A DNA stretch of 64,000 nucleotides from an uncultured Chloroflexia bacterium (lineage in GTDB: Bacteria; Chloroflexota; Anaerolineae; CG2-30-64-16), in NCBI GenBank assembly GCA_963774265.1, contig CAVZDU010000002.1, forward strand, positions 288,001-352,000, written 5' to 3'. Position numbers and translations under genes: made by a program. This document shows, in pieces, positions 1-6,639 of the stretch (the stretch's first letter is position 1; every line of letters starts with the position of its first letter). A model generated the notes under the pieces. That model did not search any database. It saw only the letters and a program-made list of their open reading frames with translations, and was not told where the DNA came from.

Positions 1-2
1 TG

Positions 3-299
3 CGAACCGGTCGTCGCGAGTGCCGGCATGAAGCGGCGCACATCGCTGGCTGGAGCATCTTGGCAACCAGCCTCTCTGTGTCCTCCTTTATGCTCTTGAT
101 TTCGATCCTGGCGCTGGTTTTGTGGTTTCGTCGAGCAGACAGGACCGAGGCTTGGACGTTCATCGGCATCGCCGGTCTGGCATTCCTAATCCTTTATGTG
201 ACTATGACCGCGTACTTCCTAATTCAAGGCTATTCCAAAGCTCGACGAATACGTGGCGAAATCGATGCCCTGGCTCATCTTGTGCGTAGCCCTCACTAA
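3..299 (+). CDS. Hypothetical membrane protein, 5'-partial (frame open from the window edge)
   Basis: Frame is open from nt 3 to the TAA ending at 299. It contains two hydrophobic segments (FMLLISILALVLWF; WTFIGIAGLAFLILYVTMTAYFLI). Confidence 0.55.
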   Translation, partial: RTGRRECRHEAAHIAGWSILATSLSVSSFMLLISILALVLWFRRADRTEAWTFIGIAGLAFLILYVTMTAYFLIQGYSKARRIRGEIDALAHLVRSPH

Positions 300-490
300 T
301 GGGTGACCGCACATTGCTCTCCTCCTGCCGATTTGCCTTCCGTCTGTATCGCGCGGCCAACTCCCCGGGGGAAGACGGTGGAATGGTACGGTGTGTTCGT
401 GGTCGAGAACCTTCTGATTCTCGCATGGGCGCGGGACCGCGCGCCAGGCGCCTCCCTAGAACGTGGCGCGCGGTCTGCCGAGGCGTGCCC

Positions 491-694
491 CTACACTGGG
501 TCCGGGCCACAGAACTGCAGGCCACATTTCTCGCACAGGTAGATCTGCGTGCGCGGGAAGACCAGCATGAGGCTGCCGGCTGCGGCCTTGCGGTGGCAGC
601 GCCAGCAAATTTCGCCTTCGGTGGCGTTGATCCATACGGGCGGTTTGCGGTCGGAGCGGATCTTGCGGGCGCTTTTGCGGCGCATGATGGCCAT
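491..694 (-). CDS. Small putative zinc-binding protein (CxxC...CxxC)
   Basis: 67 aa with CWRC and CEKC motifs. AGGAGG RBS lies just upstream of the ATG. Confidence 0.6.
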   Translation of the reverse strand: MAIMRRKSARKIRSDRKPPVWINATEGEICWRCHRKAAAGSLMLVFPRTQIYLCEKCGLQFCGPDPV

Positions 695-806
695 CGGTGC
701 TTCCTCCTGTGTGTGCCGGCGTCGCGCAGAGCTGTGTGCGCGATCCCGCCAGGCAAGCGCGGGGGACGGCGCTGACTCACCGCCCCCCTTCCCGTCCTTA
801 TGAGGA

Positions 807-1196
807 CTACATAGCCTCCCCCGGCTCCTCGCCGGCCTTTTCGGCCGCGGCCGCCGGCGCCTTCGGCCCCGTGCCGTTCCCGCCGGGCGCGGCCTTCAGC
901 CGGATCACGGTCAGCTCCCACCCCGCGACCCGCATGGGCGTGGGTTCGAGCAGGACCTTCTTGCCGAAGCAGCTGGTCACATCGTCCCCAAAGAGCGCCT
1001 GCAGCGCGTCCTGGTTCGTCTGCGAGAGGACCAGGCCCTTTTTGGTCTCCCGGAAGTACAGCACCGCTGCGGGCCGGTTGCGCTTCTCGGCCTGGGAATA
1101 GACTTCTTCGACCACGACCTGGTCGATGGTGAGCGTGCGGGCCTTGCCCTGCAGGTGGTCGGCCTTGAGCCAGCGATCGAAATCACTCCACTTCAT
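807..1196 (-). CDS. Phage-type conserved hypothetical protein (possible ssDNA-binding OB-like fold)
   Basis: Pattern WLKADHL-G...TLTI..V..EEV...P.AVLYF.E.KKGLVL..TN...L..LFGDD...FGKKVLL.P......IRL resembles a recurrent phage replication/recombination-module family (recognised from memory). The acidic flexible C-tail (EKAGEEPGEAM) is SSB-like. RBS AGGAG. Confidence 0.65.
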   Translation of the reverse strand: MKWSDFDRWLKADHLQGKARTLTIDQVVVEEVYSQAEKRNRPAAVLYFRETKKGLVLSQTNQDALQALFGDDVTSCFGKKVLLEPTPMRVAGWELTVIRLKAAPGGNGTGPKAPAAAAEKAGEEPGEAM

Positions 1197-1208
1197 GGGG
1201 TTCTTCTC

Positions 1209-1484
1209 CTAGTGATGGGTATTGGTGTGCCGGCGCTGGTCCGCGTGCCGGATCAGCTCGCCCGGCCAGAAGCCGTAACGTAGATGGTGGACCATGCGGT
1301 GGTCCTCGCTGCGCACGTCGAGCTCAATCATGATCCCGCCGGTGTTCGTGACCAGGGCGACCACGCGGGAGATCTGGCCATGCGGCACCCCACGCCGGGT
1401 GTAGTCCGGCAGCGTGATGGGGATGATGATCTCCTGGGTCTGGTCATCGGCGAGCTCGGACAGGTTGATGACATAGCGTCCCAT
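1209..1484 (-). CDS. Hypothetical protein
   Basis: 91 aa with a strong RBS (GGAGGAGG), tightly packed with its neighbours and with GC3-rich codons. Confidence 0.65.
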   Translation of the reverse strand: MGRYVINLSELADDQTQEIIIPITLPDYTRRGVPHGQISRVVALVTNTGGIMIELDVRSEDHRMVHHLRYGFWPGELIRHADQRRHTNTHH

Positions 1485-1485
1485 A

Positions 1486-1755
1486 TTAGCCCCTCCTCCA
1501 GATGGGCAGTCCGCCCCGGCGGTCGCGGATGTGGATCATGTCCACGTGCTGGCTGCCGGTGGTCAGGATGTGGTTGCGCAGCCGCCAGGCCGGCGGCCCT
1601 CGCCGGCCTGGCTGGGCACGAGGCCGCGCCCGCCGCATGCTCCGCACAGCACCTGACAAAAGCGTCCTGAGCAATGCCAAACAAACAGGGAGGAGTGGCA
1701 AGCGCCGGCTGCCCATACGACGCAAGGCAAGGAAGCCAGAAGGCCTCCCGGTCAC
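1486..1755 (-). CDS. Hypothetical Arg-rich protein (start uncertain)
   Basis: The stop sits 1 nt before the next start. The 3' part (NHILTTGSQHVDMIHIRDRRGGLPIWRRG) looks coding; the 5' part overlaps hairpins and A-poor sequence. Confidence 0.35.
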   Translation of the reverse strand: MTGRPSGFLALRRMGSRRLPLLPVCLALLRTLLSGAVRSMRRARPRAQPGRRGPPAWRLRNHILTTGSQHVDMIHIRDRRGGLPIWRRG

Positions 1756-1898
1756 CCTCCAGCCGCAAGGGGCAAAGCGGCCCCCATAGAAAGGCAGCGC
1801 CAGCCATCCGCCTCCCCAGATTGCTCCCGCCAGGGGAGGCCGGTCGTCATTCCCTACTCTCTCATTGATCGCGCGACCGCGATGGGGCGGGAGCGCGC

Positions 1899-1959
1899 AC
1901 GGGCAACGGGGCGCGCGGTTGGGGGGCGGGGTGTGGGTCCCGGGCCTGCGAGCGAGGCG
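1899..1959. repeat. Degenerate ~60-bp G-rich direct repeat, copy 1
   Basis: ACGGGCAACGGGGCGCG is identical at 1899-1915 and 3794-3810. Similarity continues to GCGAGGCG with one gap. Confidence 0.7.
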
Positions 1960-2290
1960 AGGGAGGTCAGATGGTGTGGCGCGATTGGGCGTTAGTGGCG
2001 CGAGGTGCGGAGATGGGTGGGAGGGGATCGCGGGGGAACCGCAGTGCGGTGCCGCCCGTCGGACTCTTGTCCATCGTCAGTTCGGCCGTGGACCACTTTG
2101 GGTGAAAATTCGCTGGACCAGCTTGGGTGAAGACACCTGGTCCAGATAATATCTCAGGAAGTGGTGTAGAAGCAGCCCGATGCGGTATTGGCAACCGTCG
2201 ACGCATTCGTATGGATCCTGGCCTATTGTTTGGTCGTTGCAGTTGCACCTTCCGCGGATGACATGAGAAAAAGACCGTTAACGCGTCGTC

Positions 2291-2319
2291 TTTACACCAG
2301 AGCGTCGAAATGATAGACT
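2291..2319 (+). promoter_or_regulatory. Putative sigma70 promoter of the formamidase gene
   Basis: TTTACA-N17-TAGACT with an extended -10 TG. Confidence 0.5.
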
Positions 2320-2396
2320 CTTATCAGAATTGTCAAGCGTCAAATGAGACCAAACTTCTTACTCACATCTCATGACTCAATCGCTAAGGGGGTACT

Positions 2397-3686
2397 ATGG
2401 CGACGAATACCATTCTTGTGAACACGTACACCAACGGGATCCTTGGACCCAGCGCCCAAATGCTGGGGCCGGTAAGGGACGGCGGAACCATCATTGCCAA
2501 TACTGCACCGGGATGCTGGGGACCGATGATCACGCCCGAGATCCGCGGCGGTCATGAAGTCACTCAGCCGGTGGCAGTGGAGGGGGCAATGCCGGGAGAC
2601 AGCATTGCGATCCGTATTCTTTCCATCGATGTGACCAGCAAAGTCACCTCCTCCGGCGTTGATATCATTCAGGGAAGCTTTTGTGTGGGAGATCCTTTCG
2701 TGGCAGCGAAATGCCAGAATTGCGGAAAACTCTGGCCGGAGACCCACATCGAGGGGATCGGAAAAGATGCCATCAAATGCGACGACTGCGGCGCTACTGT
2801 CGCACCCTTTGTCTTTGCCAACGGATACACTATCGCCTTCGATGAGAAGAAGACAGTGGCTTTGACCCTTGCCAAAGAGCAGGTGGATCAGATCGCTCCA
2901 GAGGCGGAAAAATACGCTTCCCTTCCCGAGCATTCCATTCAGAACCCGGTCACCACGCTGGCTCCCAGCGATCTGCCCGGCATCGCGACCAGGATGAGGC
3001 CCTTTGTCGGACAGTTGGGGACATGCCCGCCAGTGGATACCCCGGACAGCCACAACGCAGGTGATTTCGGTCAATTTCTCATTGGAGCGCCTCACGATTA
3101 TGCCATCCAGCCGGAAGGCATTGAACAATTGACGGACGGACATATGGATGTCAACCGCGTACGGGCAGGCGCGGTTCTGATCGTCCCGGTCCGCATGGCA
3201 GGAGCCGGTGTCTATGTAGGTGATATGCATGCGATGCAGGGAGATGGCGAAATTGCAGGCCACACCGCTGACGTCTCTGGCGTGATCGTGATGCAGGTGA
3301 ACGTGATCAAGGGACTTTCGATCCCTGGACCGATCCTCCTGCCCAATGAAGCGGACCTGCCCCATCTTGCCAAACCACTGAATGAATCGGAGAAACTGGC
3401 TGCGACGCGTCTCAGCGAACAGTGGAACACCTCCATCGAGGAGACGGCTCCCATTTCCTTTATCGGAACTGGTGCGAATCTCAACGCTGCAGTAGACGGG
3501 GCAATCAGCCGGGCTTCCCAGGTCCTGGGCATCCGTCAGGAAGAAATAAAAAACCGCCTGACCATTGCAGGCGGACTGGAAATCGGGCGCTACCCTGGAA
3601 CAGTGACCGCCACCTTCGCTGCTCCCGTGAAGGCCTTGAAAAACGCGGGGCTCTACGACCTGGTCAAAGAACAATATCAGCTATAA
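2397..3686 (+). CDS. Acetamidase/formamidase family protein
   Basis: 429 aa. Motifs GGHEVTQPVAVEGAMPGD, DGHMDVNRVRAGAVL and GDMHAMQGDGEIAGH are typical of the FmdA/AmdA family; there is a CxxC...CxxC insertion. Confidence 0.9.
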   Translation: MATNTILVNTYTNGILGPSAQMLGPVRDGGTIIANTAPGCWGPMITPEIRGGHEVTQPVAVEGAMPGDSIAIRILSIDVTSKVTSSGVDIIQGSFCVGDPFVAAKCQNCGKLWPETHIEGIGKDAIKCDDCGATVAPFVFANGYTIAFDEKKTVALTLAKEQVDQIAPEAEKYASLPEHSIQNPVTTLAPSDLPGIATRMRPFVGQLGTCPPVDTPDSHNAGDFGQFLIGAPHDYAIQPEGIEQLTDGHMDVNRVRAGAVLIVPVRMAGAGVYVGDMHAMQGDGEIAGHTADVSGVIVMQVNVIKGLSIPGPILLPNEADLPHLAKPLNESEKLAATRLSEQWNTSIEETAPISFIGTGANLNAAVDGAISRASQVLGIRQEEIKNRLTIAGGLEIGRYPGTVTATFAAPVKALKNAGLYDLVKEQYQL

Positions 3687-3717
3687 AAAGATGCCCGGCA
3701 GGAAGCCGGGCATCTTT
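3687..3717 (+). terminator. Intrinsic terminator (possibly bidirectional)
   Basis: AAAGATGCCCGGC-AGGAA-GCCGGGCATCTTT is a perfect 13-bp inverted repeat right after the stop codon. Confidence 0.8.
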
Positions 3718-3793
3718 GCTTTGTGCGCCAGGCATGTCGTGTCTGAGCGCCAGGATGACCACCTGGGCAAGCGTGCGCGGCCGGGACAGTCAA

Positions 3794-3853
3794 ACGGGCA
3801 ACGGGGCGCGAATGGGAGGGTGGGGCGCGGGCCATGGGCCCGCGGGCGAGGCG
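3794..3853. repeat. Degenerate ~60-bp G-rich direct repeat, copy 2
   Basis: Aligns with 1899-1959. Confidence 0.7.
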
Positions 3854-4081
3854 TGGGGGGTCTTCCCCCATGGCTGTGTCATCGTTGGCGAGCAGATGGG
3901 CGAGTTGGCCGTGATGATCGTGACCGGCGTGATGGCCGGATCGATCTTCGGCGTCATCATGGCCCGGGTCGGCTGCCGGTGATGAACACTGGTCTGGGTC
4001 TGATCAGGCCCGCGGACATGCATCAGCAAGGACAAAAACTGGCGTACGTAGCAAAACGGTTGTCTTGGCAGACAACGCCGC

Positions 4082-4110
4082 TTGCACCATGTGTCACATT
4101 GACATACTAT
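4082..4110 (+). promoter_or_regulatory. Putative sigma70 promoter of the FGE-domain gene
   Basis: TTGCAC-N17-TACTAT, followed by an AGGAGG RBS before ATG 4157. Confidence 0.45.
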
Positions 4111-4156
4111 GGAGACACGCCAATCGCTATAGTCTCTCCCACCAGGAGGCACTGCC

Positions 4157-5045
4157 ATGAAGCGTTTTGTCTTTTGGCTGCTCAGCATCGCTGCACTCAT
4201 CACCATGCTCTTGCCCGTCAGCACTCTGGCTGCAGCTCAGGGGCTGGTCAGGCCGGAGTCGGGCGACGCCAATGGCTACTCAGTCTACCTGCCGCTGGTT
4301 GTCAAGCTGCCTCCTCCCCCCGGCGATATGGTTCTCGTCCCCGCCGGCACGTTCCAGATGGGCTGCGACCCGGCGCACAACGGCGGCTACACGTGCTCCT
4401 CCGATGAGCTGCCGCTGCACACGGTGTACCTGGACGCGTACCGCATCGACCGGACCGAGGTGACCAACGCGCAGTACGCGCAGTGCGTGGCGGCCGGGGG
4501 GTGCACGCGCGCCATCCAACAGCTCGTCCTACACCCGTTCGTCCTATTACGGCAACCCGACCTACGCCAACTACCCGGTGATCTACGTGAGCTGGTATCA
4601 GGCGGCCGCCTACTGCGGGTGGGCGGGCAAGCGGCTGCCGACGGAGGCGGAGTGGGAGAAGGCGGCGCGCGGGGCGAGCGACACGCGGGCCTACCCGTGG
4701 GGCGATGCGGCGCCGACCTGCGCGCTGGCGAACAAGTATGATTGCGTAGGCGACACCAACGCGGTGGGCAGCTACCCGGCCGGGGCCAGCCCGTACGGCG
4801 CGCTGGACATGGCCGGCAATGTGTGGGAATGGGTCAACGACTGGTACGACGAGGGCTACTACAGCATCTCGCCGTACAGCAACCCGCCGGGGCCGACGAC
4901 GGGGACTATGAAGGTGCTGCGCGGGGGCGGTTGGGACTACTCCCGCTACGACGGCCATTTCCGCGCGCCGCGCCGCAACGCCTACTACCCGACGGTCCAG
5001 TTCTACCAGCTCGGTTTTCGGTGTGTTGCAGCCCCAGGAATGTGA
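4157..5045 (+). CDS. Secreted formylglycine-generating-enzyme (SUMF1/FGE-sulfatase, C-lectin-fold) domain protein; one frameshift near 4510; putative DGR target
   Basis: Signal peptide, VYLPLVVK motif, then [42 protein letters not shown] and RGGGW...GFRCV. ORFs 4157-4741 and 4578-5045 join across a +1 indel. Confidence 0.9.
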
Positions 5046-5049
5046 GCTG

Positions 5050-5277
5050 CTGGGCTTTGGGTTCTGGCCTTCTGAGGGGGGAGCCTGAGGGGGCAAGACC
5101 CCCCCGTCCCCGCCAGCTCGGTAGCGCAGGGCCGGACTGAAGCCGGCCCCCGAGGGGGTCTGGGGCGAGGAGCCCCGGTCGGAGGGGGCGTTAGGGCCGC
5201 CTTCGGCGGCTCTAACGTAAGGGGGAACCCCAGTGGGGTGCCGCGTCTTTAGATCGGCCTGGCCGATAGGCCAGGTT
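5050..5277. other. Heptamer-like repeats followed by a dense cluster of GC-rich hairpins
   Basis: CTGGGCT-TTGGGTT-CTGGCCT at 5050-5070. Stems at 5089-5103, 5129-5149, 5162-5176, 5189-5217 (13 bp), 5227-5239 and 5256-5277. Confidence 0.75.
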
Positions 5278-5303
5278 CCACTGTTGGATCGTTTCGCCGC
5301 CGC

Positions 5304-5338
5304 AAAAAGGGGGACCGACCCACCCGGGCCGGCCCCCC
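5304..5338 (-). terminator. Intrinsic terminator of the adenine-free gene
   Basis: Minus strand GGGGGCCGGCCC-GGGT-GGGTCGGTCCCCC-TTTTT. The G-U pairs form only on the minus-strand RNA. Confidence 0.8.
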
Positions 5339-5350
5339 GCACGCGGACCC

Positions 5351-5623
5351 TCACGCCCGCACCCAGCGCAGCGCGCCCGCCAGCGGACCGGACGACACGG
5401 CCACCCACGACCCACCCGGCGCCAGCGGAGCCAACGCAGAGGGCGGAAAGCCCACGCAGAACACCAACACGGACACCCCCAAGCCCGCAGCCAGCCGGGC
5501 AGCACCGAGCGACCCGACCGACGAGGGCGAGGAGAGGAACCACACCCCGACCGACGAGCGAGGCGCACCAGCCACGGGGCGCACACAGGCAGCGGATCGG
5601 CGAGCCAGGCGCGGCGTGAGCAT
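5351..5623 (-). pseudogene. Adenine-free, 5'-truncated gene encoding the C-terminal half of a SLOG/DprA-like protein
   Basis: RLARRSAACVR...VWFLSSPSSVGSLGAARLAAGLGVSVLVF matches the SLOG-type (R)N/S..V...hhh....GS..h...A...G.PVhVh layout (recognised from memory). The coding strand has no A between 5596 and 5352. Confidence 0.6.
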
Positions 5624-5886
5624 CCGCCCAGCTATCGTGAATCATCACGGCATCGGCGCTGACGCCGGCCGTGAGAGTGGCACGATCGCTATCGAGCACG
5701 AACGGAGGCTCGCTCGACTGCCAGGCGGCCAGCAGGTCGGTTGTGGCACCCCACCGGGGCTGTTCGGGTCTGCCAGAAGCCCAACGGATTTAGCGGAACA
5801 GGGTTCAGTCATGGGGCACCTCCTCAAAGTGGGTATGGGTCGGTCACCGGTTTGGCCCTCACCAGTGTAAGTGCCCCAACACTTGG

Positions 5887-6528
5887 CTACCCATCGAACT
5901 GTACGGAGCTTGATCCCTGCTCTACAGATCTGCTTTTCCGGGCTAGAATCACCTGGTGACGTTCGTCCCCGCCTTCGTCGATTTCGTCCAGTAGTATCTC
6001 GAAGCCGGCGCCACGGATGATCGCACTATTCTCATCAGGGCCGTAATGGCTCCACCACATCGTTACACCGTAGAAATCAGATTCGGCACCTTCCCATTTT
6101 GAGGCGCCCATAGTCACCAGGATGTATCCACCCGGCCTCAAGAACGTGTTGATGGTGCGGAAAAGCGATTCGTGCGATTCTCTTGGTAGGTGGAAGATCG
6201 CGTAGAACGAAACAACCGCATCGACCTGGTACTCGCTGGCGCACAGTCCGCGCATGTCTGCCACCGCGAAGGTGGCCCCAGGCACATTGGCGCGCGCTAG
6301 TTCGATTTGTTTTTCGGAGATGTCCAGGCCGCTAACTCGAAACCCTCGATCTACAAGATAGCGATCGATCGGAATGCCGGCTCCGCAACCAAGATCGAGA
6401 ACGGCCGCCTGAGGTTTAAGAAGCGGCGTGAGCTTATCCAAATATCGATTGCTCTTGAACTGATTGCGTCCCCGAAGGTAGGCTTCAGCAGCTTTGTTAT
6501 AGCTGTCTTTCACGATGGAATCAGCCAT
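5887..6528 (-). CDS. Class I SAM-dependent methyltransferase
   Basis: VLDLGCGAG motif I, GLDISEKQIELAR, FYAIFHLPR and LRPGG. Confidence 0.9.
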   Translation of the reverse strand: MADSIVKDSYNKAAEAYLRGRNQFKSNRYLDKLTPLLKPQAAVLDLGCGAGIPIDRYLVDRGFRVSGLDISEKQIELARANVPGATFAVADMRGLCASEYQVDAVVSFYAIFHLPRESHESLFRTINTFLRPGGYILVTMGASKWEGAESDFYGVTMWWSHYGPDENSAIIRGAGFEILLDEIDEGGDERHQVILARKSRSVEQGSSSVQFDG

Positions 6529-6639
6529 GCCGGATTTGTCTCCCCTTGTGGTAGGTCGGCCACACGTGGCGGTCGGCCGCCGTCACGAGGGCGTTGGACA
6601 CGTAAGCGTGAGCGAGGTCTGCGCCTTGCCAAGGGCTAG

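Noticed and set aside
219-326. Minus-strand MCGH... start with a strong RBS as a SRAP/HMCES protein
   Set aside because: SRAP proteins begin MCGR. This ORF is only about 31 codons and overlaps the plus-strand membrane gene.
5189-5217. GTTAG...CTAAC hairpin as an integron attC site
   Set aside because: The order is reversed relative to attC (RYYYAAC...GTTRRRY), it is too short, and no integron integrase or cassette array is visible.
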